Source of the DNA: Shigella phage vB_Shi_2KOFFS
Sequence record: PV615261
DNA length: 53,672 nucleotides
Strand: one strand, 5' to 3'
In this document: positions 1 through 10,192 of the stretch, piece by piece
Layout of the letters: every line of letters starts with the position of its first letter
How positions within the stretch are numbered: the stretch's first letter is position 1
Notes under the pieces: generated by a model
What the model was told of the DNA's origin: nothing
The model's input: the letters and a program-made list of their open reading frames with translations, nothing else
Databases searched by the model: none
Program-made: the position numbers and the translations under genes

Positions 1-236
1 TTACCAAGCCCAGCCCGTTCGCAGACAATTGTTAATATCTGCATAACGGCTCTGGGCTATTTTAATAGCCGCAACACTGGAGTCCTTATGGATTTTGATG
101 CACTTGATAACTTAGACTTCGGTGCTGCCGAAGAAGCAATTGAAGAACTTAAGAAGAAGCAGGACGAAGAAGCAATCGTTCCTGGTGCTGGCGATAACGA
201 CTGCTCAAGTGGTGCGTGCGCCATCTAAGGACGTAT

Positions 237-443
237 ATGTTTTCAGAGTGGGTAAATGACCCAGGAAGCTCTAAACAAGCATACTTGAAGTTTTCACTAA
301 ATCCAGACAAAACAGTTGGTCATGTATATAATGGTGATTGGGATTTCAAAGTTGTCGAATTCAAGCCACCATATATGAAGGTTATCGTACTTCACCCGCG
401 CAAAGAGTTTGAAGTGGAGTTTAACTATGTTAGACCAGCTTAA
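237..443 (+). CDS. hypothetical protein (68 aa)
   Basis: ORF with ATG at 237 preceded by AAGGA Shine-Dalgarno; no recognisable motif. Confidence 0.4.
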   Translation: MFSEWVNDPGSSKQAYLKFSLNPDKTVGHVYNGDWDFKVVEFKPPYMKVIVLHPRKEFEVEFNYVRPA

Positions 444-666
444 GTCAATCTTTCTTGGCGTCTTGACTGCATTGGGCATTCTCCTTGCAGTGTTCCTCAA
501 AGGCAAAAGCTCGGGCAAAGCCGAGGAGCGCCAGGAAGCCAAAGAGAAGCAATTCGATTCCATTAAAGAATCTATCGAGATTAAAACGCATGTTCAGAAA
601 GAAGTGTCTAGCAGTTCTGATAGCAATGTCGATAGTGAGTTGCTCTCAAAGTGGGTTCGTAAGTGA
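427..666 (+). CDS. small membrane protein, one predicted TM helix
   Basis: ATG 427 after GGAG; hydrophobic segment IFLGVLTALGILLAVFL followed by charged Ser-rich tail. Confidence 0.4.
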   Translation: MLDQLKSIFLGVLTALGILLAVFLKGKSSGKAEERQEAKEKQFDSIKESIEIKTHVQKEVSSSSDSNVDSELLSKWVRK

Positions 667-762
667 TTACTGCATGATTGCACAACCAATCTATTTGGAT
701 GTTGCAGAAGTGAAAGTTTTATCACGCGAAACCAAAACACAGATTTTAGTCCACAATGAAAC

Positions 763-1233
763 GTGGGCACAAAAGTGTTCGAAACAATGAAACTATCAAA
801 GCAGTATATTTACGACAGAGTTTCTAAACGTCAGGAACCTACTTGGCAAGTAGACACAGATGGGTATTTATCTGCTTCGATTACTTTGCCGGAAGGCACC
901 TTCAACGTAAGAAAACATATTCTTGTGTTCTACAAAACGAACGGATACATTCCAGATTTTGTAGACCATAAAGATAACAACAAATTAAACAATGCTCCGG
1001 ACAACTTGCGAGAAGCAAGCAAATGCCAGAACCAGCAGAACTCCAAGAAGCCAAAGAATAACTCCTCTGGCGTGAAGGGAGTGTCACGAACCAAACATGG
1101 CAAGTGGCAAGTTAATGTTATGGCATTTGGTGTGAAGCATTATGGTGGATTGTTTGACTCTCTAGAAGATGCCAAGCAACACGTAGAATCATTGCGAATG
1201 AAGTTGCATCGTGACTTTGCTCGTAGTGTGTAG
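763..1233 (+). CDS. HNH homing endonuclease with AP2-type DNA-binding domain
   Basis: HNH motif VDHKDNNKLNNAPDNLR and AP2-like block SSGVKGVSRTKHGKWQV...HYGGLF; start uncertain (GTG 763 or ATG 787). Confidence 0.8.
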   Translation: MGTKVFETMKLSKQYIYDRVSKRQEPTWQVDTDGYLSASITLPEGTFNVRKHILVFYKTNGYIPDFVDHKDNNKLNNAPDNLREASKCQNQQNSKKPKNNSSGVKGVSRTKHGKWQVNVMAFGVKHYGGLFDSLEDAKQHVESLRMKLHRDFARSV

Positions 1234-2377
1234 ATTTACTTACCCGACAGTGAGTGAACAAGACGGACGTCTATAACTTCCCACATGGCCTAGCTAGTTG
1301 GTGGTGTAAAAGACTGACCAAGGTGACGACAGCCAAACAAATGCTCGCCATCGCATTTCATTTGGCAGTCCGGTACGGGACTTTAAATACACGTATATCA
1401 TAGTCGAGGGAGTGCGCGACTTTAAATAACGAGACTCTAGCCACTTGTGGTATGGCAGGTGTAATTCCTGCAAGTTGCTCTGGGCATAACAATTAAATTG
1501 CTGCCTCCTAGGATTGGAACGTCCCGCTACACATCGTTAGTGTGAGAAGGTTAGTCCACCGAGACAAAGGCTTGCGGCTTGACTCCAGCCAAAGAAGAAA
1601 ACGGCGTGCTTGAGAACGAAGCTCCGATGACTCCGTAAAGTCAACGTAATGAACACGAGACGTTCAGGTGGATACTTCCTAAAACAGTGTCCGAGAACAC
1701 CCCTCGCCAAAGTGCTTGAGAACGTTAGCTCTGTCTTGCCAGCATTAATGGCACGTTGGCCGCGTAAAGGCCACAGCGTCTGACCAACGTATCGGTCACC
1801 AAATTCAATGGATTCGTAGAGTTAATTAAACCTGCACGATGGGATAGGGATGAAGCATCCGAGGCCGACTGTGTAATTGCTGGCTTACTATAAACCAGCC
1901 GAATCCACCAATCGGGAGAAAGTGCTGTGGACGATATTGTATCGTAGGTGGTCGCATTCCACCCTCCCAACTTCTACCAAACAGTTATGCCTCTGTTCAA
2001 AAGGCTCAAGAGAGCGTCTGGCATACCGTAGCGATACGGCTTAGTTGCGCTGATTGTGTTGTGCAGAAAGAAAGTTCAGGCTTTCGTTTGGGTTACTCCT
2101 CATCCCGAAGTTAGCTGGATTCAAAATCCAGACTATGTTCCTATACACATGAAATATGCAAGTCGAGGGTTCTTAATGTTCAAACATGATGCGAGCATTA
2201 AGCGGGTTTATACTTTTCCCCGATGGTCCCCATAAACAAGGCTGATTCACTTGGGCGGTTCGAATCAAATTTAATAAGTGTCTTGGCCGCAGTGGAAACA
2301 TCATCTAAGCCAATGTATTGTAATGTTCGTAATAGTCCACGTCAGGACACTTACTTAAATTTTAACTGGAGAGAAAC

Positions 2378-2608
2378 ATGAAAACTGCTGAAATTGCCGA
2401 AGAGATTTATAAGGCCGTAATAGCCAACCAAATCACAAGTGAAGTCCTGCACATGGATATTGAAGAAGTTCGCAATGCCTTTGGTGGTTTTGCAATCTTG
2501 TCAATAGAAGCTGCGGAAGCACTGACAAACACGTACAATCAACGCGAATATGAAAAGCGTTCTGTACTAAATGCGTCGCTAAAAGAAATTCAGGCGTCAT
2601 TAAAATAA
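2378..2608 (+). CDS. hypothetical protein (76 aa)
   Basis: ATG 2378 preceded by GGAGAG; no motif recognised. Confidence 0.5.
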   Translation: MKTAEIAEEIYKAVIANQITSEVLHMDIEEVRNAFGGFAILSIEAAEALTNTYNQREYEKRSVLNASLKEIQASLK

Positions 2609-2664
2609 TACCATTATCATGGTGCGGAGCTAATTTATCTCCCACCATATGAACCGGAGAGCAA

Positions 2665-3315
2665 ATGATTACTGCCACATTGGTCGACCACATGGGTAGC
2701 GACCTCACAACTGTTAATGCTGCACGAGCTTCTTATGGTGCAGAGTCACACGAAATGACTTTACGTGACGAGAAGCTGATTGAGTTTCTTGCAAAGCATA
2801 AGCACAATACACCTTTTGCCCATGCGTATGTGACATTACGCTGCACTGCGCCAATCTTTGTTGCACGCCAACTGGGCAAGCACCAGGTGGGCTTTCGTTG
2901 GAACGAAGTTAGCCGTCGTTACAAAGATGGCGAAGCAATCGAAATTGAATGCTTTGTACCTGATGTGATGTTTGGTCGTCCTGAAAAGTTGATGACTCAG
3001 ACTGCACAACCATTGCCACAAGATTTTGCTGACGATATTCACTATCGCATGGAAATCCACAACAAGGCTTGCATTGCAGAGTATGAAACGTTAATTGGTT
3101 TGGGGATTGCTCCAGAGCAAGCCCGAATGGTGTTGCCACAATCCATGATGACTACATGGATTTGGACTGGCTCTTTACTGGGCTGGGCTAATATGTACAA
3201 GCAACGCTCTACAGAGCACGCCCAATATGAGGCACGTTTGTTTGCAAAAGAAGTCAATAAAATTATGTCAGAGTTGTTTCCTGTTTGCTGGGAGGCACTC
3301 ATTAAACAGGAATAA
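2665..3315 (+). CDS. thyX: ThyX-family (flavin-dependent thymidylate synthase-like) protein
   Basis: Translation ARQLGKHQVGFRWNEVSRRY aligns to the ThyX RHR-x7-S region but reads KHQ instead of RHR; good RBS; position in nucleotide-metabolism block. Confidence 0.6.
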   Translation: MITATLVDHMGSDLTTVNAARASYGAESHEMTLRDEKLIEFLAKHKHNTPFAHAYVTLRCTAPIFVARQLGKHQVGFRWNEVSRRYKDGEAIEIECFVPDVMFGRPEKLMTQTAQPLPQDFADDIHYRMEIHNKACIAEYETLIGLGIAPEQARMVLPQSMMTTWIWTGSLLGWANMYKQRSTEHAQYEARLFAKEVNKIMSELFPVCWEALIKQE

Positions 3316-5082
3316 ATGATGAACGTTAAGCAATGTGTGGCTAAGATTAAGCACGATGTACCAGACTGTAAATCCACATCTGGCAAGTCTTTACAGGTTT
3401 GGTTGAATGTCGATGAAGCTGGTAATAAGAATTTTTCTGGTTACTGTTTTGCATGTGGCGTTCTAGTACCAAATCCTTACGGAAATAATCCGGAGAACAT
3501 TCCAGAGATTAAAGTCAAAACTCCAGAAGAAATTCAGGAAGAAGTTGATGAAATCACTGCTTGTCCTCCGTTTGATTTAACCCATCGCAGCATTGAGCCA
3601 GAATTTTGGAAAGCTGCTGGTGTTCGACTTCTATATTCAGAGTATGATGGAAAGACTCCAAATGCTCTGGCACATGGCTACACCAAAAATGGTAAACTTG
3701 TTCGTTGGAAGATTAAACTTCTGAACAAGAAAGTTATGTGGTCAGTTGGCGACACTCAGGGTAACGACCCTTACAACTGGATGGCTGCAAAAGCAATTGG
3801 CGGTAAGACACTGTTCATCACAGAAGGTGAAGAAGACTGTATCGCATTGCGTCAAATCCTCAAAACTATGAACCGTGGTGGTGCATATGAAGATTTGGAT
3901 TTTGCTGTAATTAGTTTGAGCGACGGAAGTGATTCCGTACACAAATGTTTGTCACCAGTTGCAGAAGAAATTAAGCAACGTTGGGAGCAGGTTGTTATCG
4001 TATTTGATGATGACGAACCTGGACGTAAAGCTGCAAAAGAAGCGTGCCGATTGTTGCCTGGTGCAATGATTGCAACACTTCCAGCTAACGATGCCAACGA
4101 TTGTTTGAAGCGTGGCTTGCTCAAAGCTACTCAATCTGCTGTTGTGTTCCGTGCTGCTCGTCCTCTGCCTACAGCACTTGTCAACAAAGAACTTCTTATG
4201 GAAGAGCTTGATGACGAGGTTGAACAGGGTGTGGATTATCCTTGGCCCAAATTAACCGACTTAATGTTTGGTCAACGTCGAGCCGAAGTTATTACAATCG
4301 GTGGTGCAGAAGGTGGTGGTAAAACTACACTGTCCCGTCAGATTGTGCATCACAACATTACCAAGCACGATTGGGGAGTGTTTACTGCATACATGGAGGA
4401 AACTCCTACAGAAACACTGCGCCGTATGGCTGGCCTTAATGACAACTTGCCATATTGGGAACCCGCGTTCACTCGTGAAGACCCTCGATATGATGAAGCT
4501 AAGTTCCGTCAAACTGCTGCGAAGATGCTTCGTAACATGGAGATTTGGGACCGCAAGCAAGCTGGAGAAGACCCTTATGAAACCTGGGATGGGTTAAAGA
4601 CGATTCTTCGTCAGATTGGACCAGACATTGATATGTTTGTCCTTGATAACTTAACCTACTTATCGGAAGGGATTTCTGCCTCAGAGAAGAACGACTTCTT
4701 AGGTAAGCTGTATGCAGATATTACTAAGCTGGCAGACCAATATCAGTTCCATGTAAATATCTTGTCGCACCTTAACCCTGTGGCAAAAGGTCAACGACCT
4801 CATGAGGATGGTGGACGTATCAAGAAGTCAGACTTTACTGGCTCACGTGCTGCTGCTAAATATTCTCATGGTATGTTTGGCTTTGAGCGTAATAGCCAGG
4901 CAGTTGACCCAAACTGTTCTATCATTCGTTCCATTAAGGCTCGTAAGAGTGGTAAAACAGAAGGCTTCAAGACGTACTATGACACCGAATCCGGTCGAAT
5001 CATTCAACGTTCTTGGGATGACTCGCTGTTCGAAACCAAAGAGATTGTTCAACTCACTAAGAAGAACGGTCCACACCAATAA
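3316..5082 (+). CDS. bifunctional DNA primase-helicase (TOPRIM plus RecA/DnaB-like ATPase)
   Basis: N-terminal Cys cluster; TOPRIM motifs FITEGEEDCIAL and VVIVFDDDEPGRKAA; Walker A ITIGGAEGGGKTT; 588 aa. Confidence 0.85.
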   Translation: MMNVKQCVAKIKHDVPDCKSTSGKSLQVWLNVDEAGNKNFSGYCFACGVLVPNPYGNNPENIPEIKVKTPEEIQEEVDEITACPPFDLTHRSIEPEFWKAAGVRLLYSEYDGKTPNALAHGYTKNGKLVRWKIKLLNKKVMWSVGDTQGNDPYNWMAAKAIGGKTLFITEGEEDCIALRQILKTMNRGGAYEDLDFAVISLSDGSDSVHKCLSPVAEEIKQRWEQVVIVFDDDEPGRKAAKEACRLLPGAMIATLPANDANDCLKRGLLKATQSAVVFRAARPLPTALVNKELLMEELDDEVEQGVDYPWPKLTDLMFGQRRAEVITIGGAEGGGKTTLSRQIVHHNITKHDWGVFTAYMEETPTETLRRMAGLNDNLPYWEPAFTREDPRYDEAKFRQTAAKMLRNMEIWDRKQAGEDPYETWDGLKTILRQIGPDIDMFVLDNLTYLSEGISASEKNDFLGKLYADITKLADQYQFHVNILSHLNPVAKGQRPHEDGGRIKKSDFTGSRAAAKYSHGMFGFERNSQAVDPNCSIIRSIKARKSGKTEGFKTYYDTESGRIIQRSWDDSLFETKEIVQLTKKNGPHQ

Positions 5083-5143
5083 CAGAGTTGCTGCGCTGCA
5101 TGGTTCGCCCACCAGCGCGGCCCTCACTTTACAATAGTTGGAA

Positions 5144-5527
5144 ATGATGAAAATTTGTTCTAAGTGCAAAGTACCTCAAGATGAAGCAAACTTTCACAAG
5201 AGTTCATCTTGGTGTAAGCTTTGCAAGAAATTGAAGTATCGCGCAGAGTACAAATCTGCACCATTACCAGAGAAGCCTGTTCGTAATATTGAACGAGAGC
5301 GGGAACTAAATAAGGCAAGGTCTAAGAAACATGCAGAGTTAAATCCTAAGAAGCGTGCTGCCAGAGTCGCGGTACGTGGGATGATTCCTCCTGCACGTTG
5401 TATGGGGTGTTGCCAAGATAAGAAACTTGAAGCACATCACGACGACTACAATAAGCCAAAGGTTGTTCGTTGGCTTTGCAAAGAATGTCACACCCTGTGG
5501 CATATGAATAATACACCTATTGAATAG
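5144..5527 (+). CDS. HNH endonuclease (zinc-ribbon plus HNH)
   Basis: CSKCKV...CKLCKK zinc ribbon and C-terminal EAHHDDYNKPKVVRWLCKECHTLWH; paralogue of 46603..46995. Confidence 0.7.
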   Translation: MMKICSKCKVPQDEANFHKSSSWCKLCKKLKYRAEYKSAPLPEKPVRNIERERELNKARSKKHAELNPKKRAARVAVRGMIPPARCMGCCQDKKLEAHHDDYNKPKVVRWLCKECHTLWHMNNTPIE

Positions 5528-5540
5528 TTCGGAGCCTGAA

Positions 5541-7466
5541 ATGTTGTATCCTTACTCCAATATGTATGCTATGGATATTGAAACCACTGGCTTACTGGAC
5601 CAAATGAAGAAGCAAGAAGCACCGCGCTTGCACAACATGGGAATCATTGATGTTGTTTCTCGTGAAGAGAAGTGGACCGACAGAAAGTCTATCCAGGCAT
5701 TTCTGGATACAGGCCCAACATTAATCATGCACAACGGCGCAACCTTTGACTTTGAAGCACTGAGGTTCCTTGGCTACGACGTTTCAAAATGTACCTTAAT
5801 TGATACTTTGTTTATCAGTTGGTATCTGCAACCTCGTCGTGTTAAGCACGGCTTAGAAGGTTACGGCGAAGAGTTTGGTGTGCCAAAACCAGTCATTGAT
5901 GATTGGGAAAATCAAACTCAAGAAGAATACAACCATCGTGTGATGGAAGACTGCAAGATTCAGTTGAAGCTGTGGGAACAGCAATACATTCAACTCTTGA
6001 AGATTTATAAATCTCCTAGCGAAGTTAAGCGCTTCATTGAATACCTGATGACAAAAGCTCGTCAACAGGTTATTCAACAACGTACTCGCTGGAAGCTGAA
6101 CATTGAGAAGGCATTGGCATTTAAGGCCAAGCTGGAGCCAATGATTAAAGAGAAGACGGACGCATTGGAAGCATCAATGCCACGTATTCCAGAATATGTT
6201 ATCAAAACCCGTCCAGCTAAATGCCACAAGTTGAACGGACAATTATCTTCCGCTGGCATCAAGTGGAAAGCTATTTGTGATGCAAACGGTTTGGACTGGA
6301 AAGACCCAGACCTGGCTATCAAGGTTCTTAAAGGTTATAAGAATCCTAACGCTGGTTCTCATGTGCAAATTAAAGACTGGTTGTTCAGCTTAGGTTGGGA
6401 ACCGGAAACCTTTAAGTTTGACCGTAACAAGGAAACAGGTGAAACTCGCCAGATTCCACAAATCACTGTGAAGGATGAAGATGGCAATCCTGAAATATGT
6501 CCGAGCTTGCATAAGCTGGCGGAAAGAAACCCCGACTCTGGTATTCAACATCTTATTGGGATGGGCGTGTATAAACACCGTCTGTCTGTTGTTAATGGCT
6601 TCCTTCGCGACGTCGATGAAGATGGGTTCCTTACTGCACGATGCGGTGGCCTTACCAATACTTTACGCCTTAAACATCGCGAACTTGTTAACCTCCCTTC
6701 TATTCGTGTATTTGGCGGTGAAGAACTGCGTTCAATGTTGGAAGCGTGGCGCGAAGACTACGAACAGCTAGGCTCTGACTTGTGTTCTCTGGAAGACCGT
6801 TGTAAACACCACTTCCAGTGGATGTATGACCCTGAATACGTTAAGAAGCAGTTGGCACCAGACTATGATGCTCACCTTGCAATCGGCGTAATTGGTGGAT
6901 TTATTACTGAACAAGAGTCTCAGGACCACAAGGACGGAATTAAGAAGTGTAAACAACGTCCAATGTTTAAGACTACAAACTATGCTTGTCAGTATGGTGC
7001 TGGTGTGCCGACTGTAGCTCGTTCTGCTGGCTGTGACCAGACTACTGCTGCACGACTGCATAAAGCATATTGGGACTTGAACTGGTCTATTAAAGAGATT
7101 GCTGCAAACACCAAAGTTATCACAGTCGACGGTCAGATGTGGCAACAGAATCCAGTAAACAAATTCTGGTATTCATTGCGTACAGAGAAAGACCGCTTCT
7201 CCACATTGTGTCAGGGTACTGGTGCATATGTGTTTGATGTTTGGTGTAACAACATCATTGCAATTTGTAATGAACGTTGGGGCTGTGACCCACTTCTGTC
7301 CGGGCAATTCCACGATGAATTGATTCTCCAAGTTAAGAAAGGTTTCCGCGATTTGTGGACGGACTTGCTTAATGAGGCAATGGACCGAACCAACAAAGAA
7401 CTTAAACTTAACCGCGATTGTGCATGTGATGTACAGTTCGGTGATAACTACGCGGAGATTCACTAA
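5541..7466 (+). CDS. family A DNA polymerase with 3'-5' exonuclease domain
   Basis: Exo motifs MDIETTGL and HNGATFDFEAL; pol motif B KQRPMFKTTNYACQYGAG; motif C QFHDELIL; ATG 5541 after GGAG. Confidence 0.85.
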   Translation: MLYPYSNMYAMDIETTGLLDQMKKQEAPRLHNMGIIDVVSREEKWTDRKSIQAFLDTGPTLIMHNGATFDFEALRFLGYDVSKCTLIDTLFISWYLQPRRVKHGLEGYGEEFGVPKPVIDDWENQTQEEYNHRVMEDCKIQLKLWEQQYIQLLKIYKSPSEVKRFIEYLMTKARQQVIQQRTRWKLNIEKALAFKAKLEPMIKEKTDALEASMPRIPEYVIKTRPAKCHKLNGQLSSAGIKWKAICDANGLDWKDPDLAIKVLKGYKNPNAGSHVQIKDWLFSLGWEPETFKFDRNKETGETRQIPQITVKDEDGNPEICPSLHKLAERNPDSGIQHLIGMGVYKHRLSVVNGFLRDVDEDGFLTARCGGLTNTLRLKHRELVNLPSIRVFGGEELRSMLEAWREDYEQLGSDLCSLEDRCKHHFQWMYDPEYVKKQLAPDYDAHLAIGVIGGFITEQESQDHKDGIKKCKQRPMFKTTNYACQYGAGVPTVARSAGCDQTTAARLHKAYWDLNWSIKEIAANTKVITVDGQMWQQNPVNKFWYSLRTEKDRFSTLCQGTGAYVFDVWCNNIIAICNERWGCDPLLSGQFHDELILQVKKGFRDLWTDLLNEAMDRTNKELKLNRDCACDVQFGDNYAEIH

Positions 7467-7711
7467 TGCGTGTTTTAGCCTTGTACGACAAACAACAAAT
7501 GGAACTTTACCAGGCGGCTGGAGATATTCCGGCCACAGAACTGGCGGTGTCTGCAATTGAGATGCACGCCTCGGCATTATTTGGAAGTGATTATCAGGGC
7601 GATATTACCTATGAAGGTGCCCTGAAAGCACTAAAGGAATCGAAAGATTTCGCAGTAACACAATCTATCCTGTCCGACCTGGACATTGACTCTCACATTA
7701 TTGAAATTTAA
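7466..7711 (+). CDS. hypothetical acidic protein (81 aa)
   Basis: ATGA overlap with polymerase stop; acidic composition; no motif. Confidence 0.5.
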   Translation: MRVLALYDKQQMELYQAAGDIPATELAVSAIEMHASALFGSDYQGDITYEGALKALKESKDFAVTQSILSDLDIDSHIIEI

Positions 7712-7722
7712 AGGTACTCAAA

Positions 7723-8586
7723 ATGGCATTTGCTGCTCCTACCCTGGCCTCGAACAAGACTCCTTCTGCTGCACCATTACTGGAAGCGGGTGGTTATCCT
7801 GCTCGTGTTTGCCGTATTATCGACCTGGGCTTACAGCCTGGTTCTGCTAAATATCCTACTCCGTCTCTGAAACTTCTGGTTACTTTCGAACTGCTCGATG
7901 AGTACATGAAAGAAGTTGACAGTGAAGGTAAAATGGTCATGGTTCAAGACCCAGACGAAGATGACGGCATCATGATGGCGAAGAATCTTGAAGACAAGCC
8001 ACGTTGGTTTGACTTTGAGTTTACCTATAATGCTGACGGCTTCATGGGTGAGAACTCCCACATCTACAAATTCGCTAAGGCGATTGATGCACTGGAAGTT
8101 AAACCTAATCTGGAACAAGGCATTCAGGGCCATCCTGCCAAGAACCTGCCAGACTGGTTGGGCGAACCTCTGATTGTTGGCATTGTTCAATATACCAAGC
8201 AGTCAGGCAAGAATGCTGGCCAGGTTGCGAACAAAGTTGCTACCTTCTCCCCGATGAAGTCTAAGGAGAAGAAAGAGGCTAAAGCTCTGGTTAACCCGAC
8301 TGTCTTCTTCGACATGTCTGAGCCGGACCTGGAAGTATTCAACAAACTGCCAGGTGGCGAATCCCCGTATGCAATCAAGAACCGTATCACTTCTGGTGTT
8401 GATTTCTACAAGACTAAGCTGTCTGCACTGTTAGGCGGTAAACCTGCTGATGAAGGTACTGTACCTAATCAGGCTTCTGATGAAGAAGTTGATGCAGCCA
8501 TGAAAGCTGAACTGGAAGCACAGGCTGCTGCAAAAGCACAGCGTGAAGCCGAAGGTGGTGCAAGCACGTCTGCTATGCCGTTCTAA
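7723..8586 (+). CDS. hypothetical protein, possible ssDNA-binding or annealing protein
   Basis: Optimised codon usage; sits between polymerase and 5'-3' exonuclease; Ala/Glu-rich C-terminus ending MPF; function is inference. Confidence 0.55.
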   Translation: MAFAAPTLASNKTPSAAPLLEAGGYPARVCRIIDLGLQPGSAKYPTPSLKLLVTFELLDEYMKEVDSEGKMVMVQDPDEDDGIMMAKNLEDKPRWFDFEFTYNADGFMGENSHIYKFAKAIDALEVKPNLEQGIQGHPAKNLPDWLGEPLIVGIVQYTKQSGKNAGQVANKVATFSPMKSKEKKEAKALVNPTVFFDMSEPDLEVFNKLPGGESPYAIKNRITSGVDFYKTKLSALLGGKPADEGTVPNQASDEEVDAAMKAELEAQAAAKAQREAEGGASTSAMPF

Positions 8587-8594
8587 TTATAAAT

Positions 8595-9656
8595 ATGGCT
8601 CCTTCGGGAGCCTTTAATTTGGAGCTTACCAAAGTGAGTAAGAAACGAGTTTTGTTGCTGGTTGACGGCGACATGGTTGCATTCAGTCACTGTGCTGCTG
8701 AGGAATACGGCAAAGATTCAGAAGATATTAACTTTGCTAAGATTCAAATGTCAATGGATTCCAAGATGGAATTCCTTGCGAAACGCGTGGGAGCTACAGA
8801 AGTAGTCACCTGCATTTCACCATCCAAAACATTCCGTAATGTTCTTGCCGAGAATTACAAAGGCAATCGTGATGACGTGTGGCGACCAGAAAACTTAAAG
8901 AATGCGAAAGCACATCTTATGGTTGCCTGGAATGGTGTATGGATGAAGGGTCTGGAAGCAGATGACCTTCTTGCTGTATTCGCACGTCATGAATACGAAA
9001 TGACAATGGGCAAACGTAATGAGATTAAGAGCCTCAAGCGCATTGGTCCTTGCACATATGATGAAGTCTGGATTGCGTCGCTGGACAAAGACTTGCGACA
9101 AATCGGGCAGAATGGTGGTGCTGGTCCGGTAATTAAACATTACCAATGGGAACGAGAAACCCAGGGTATTGGTGAGAAGGTTGTAACTCCGCAGGATTAC
9201 GGCGAACTCAAATTAATCATCAAGGACAATGGCAAATCGAAGAAGAAAGAAGTTAAAGGCAATGGCCCTAAATTCTTCTTGCATCAATTGCTTATTGGCG
9301 ACTCAACGGATAACGTTATGGGTTGCGGAGTTCTTGAAGAAAGAATCTACAAAACTGGTGCCAAAGCTGGAGAAACTTATTTCCGTCGTGATGGTATTGG
9401 TGCAGTTGCTTCATTCGAAATGCTGGATGGTACAACCTCCTATGCAGAAGGTTTGAAGAAAGTTATTGGTGCATACATTATGCGCTTCGGAGATGGTTGG
9501 GAACAAGAGCTACTCAAAGTGGGCCGTCTTGTTTACATGCACCATCAAATTGAAAAGGGTAATTGTGTTCGCTTGTGGCATTACAAGAACATTAACGAAT
9601 ACTTTGACCTTAAAGAGAATCGTATCCTCACTCAAGAAGAGTACCTCCAGAAATAA
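8595..9656 (+). CDS. 5'-3' exonuclease / flap endonuclease (FEN, PIN-like)
   Basis: Motifs LLLVDGDMVAF, GLEADDLLAV and SLDKDLRQI matching the Pol I 5'-nuclease / T5 D15 family. Confidence 0.8.
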   Translation: MAPSGAFNLELTKVSKKRVLLLVDGDMVAFSHCAAEEYGKDSEDINFAKIQMSMDSKMEFLAKRVGATEVVTCISPSKTFRNVLAENYKGNRDDVWRPENLKNAKAHLMVAWNGVWMKGLEADDLLAVFARHEYEMTMGKRNEIKSLKRIGPCTYDEVWIASLDKDLRQIGQNGGAGPVIKHYQWERETQGIGEKVVTPQDYGELKLIIKDNGKSKKKEVKGNGPKFFLHQLLIGDSTDNVMGCGVLEERIYKTGAKAGETYFRRDGIGAVASFEMLDGTTSYAEGLKKVIGAYIMRFGDGWEQELLKVGRLVYMHHQIEKGNCVRLWHYKNINEYFDLKENRILTQEEYLQK

Positions 9657-9667
9657 TTGGAGTTGGA

Positions 9668-10192
9668 ATGGCTTACGGTTATTGTGGAACGGAAGCCAAG
9701 TTTGTATCTTGGCTCCAATCTGCTATTCGAAGTGTTTGGTCTAAACACCCAAGCAAACTCGCGCTGATACAATCTCGACGCATTGCATTGAAGGTCGGTG
9801 ACTCAAAGAAACCAATCTTCCACATTCAATGCTACCATTGCAAGAAGTTGTATAAGCTCAAAGAGATTGAAGTAAACCACAAAGTTCAGGTTGGTGGCCT
9901 TCTTAAGTTGGAAGACCTGCACCGCTTTGTGGACAACCTTCTACTGGTTCAGCCAGAAGATTTGGAATTGCTGTGTAAAGATTGTCACGGCATTATTACA
10001 TACATGGAACGATATGGTGTATCACGACGTGATGCAGTCATTGAGAAGAAGTGTATTGCATTTGCCAAATTGTCTGACGAAGAGCAAATTGCCAAGTGCA
10101 ATCTTGCTAAAATAGAACCAGTTCCTAAAACCAAAATCGGACGTAAGAATGCTGTTCGAGAATACCTGAGAAAGAATCTTAATGTCTATTAA
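9668..10192 (+). CDS. HNH-like endonuclease
   Basis: CYHCKK...EVNHKVQVGG...LCKDCH pattern; ATG after GGAG. Confidence 0.5.
   Translation: MAYGYCGTEAKFVSWLQSAIRSVWSKHPSKLALIQSRRIALKVGDSKKPIFHIQCYHCKKLYKLKEIEVNHKVQVGGLLKLEDLHRFVDNLLLVQPEDLELLCKDCHGIITYMERYGVSRRDAVIEKKCIAFAKLSDEEQIAKCNLAKIEPVPKTKIGRKNAVREYLRKNLNVY

Noticed and set aside
2240-2265. tRNA gene suggested by the T-loop-like string GGTTCGAATC
   Set aside because: The five bases on each side of the TTCGAAT loop are not complementary (GGCGG versus CAAAT) and no acceptor stem can be formed; no cloverleaf.
1234-2377. Group I intron with the upstream HNH gene as its homing endonuclease
   Set aside because: R-like (CAGACTA, 2124-2130) and S-like (ATAGTCC, 2332-2338) strings that could form P7 were seen, but the P/Q-like strings (TTGCGG at about 1570, CCGCAG at about 2287) are in the wrong order for a group I core, and no interrupted host gene with matching exon frames flanks the region. 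Left as an unexplained non-coding region.
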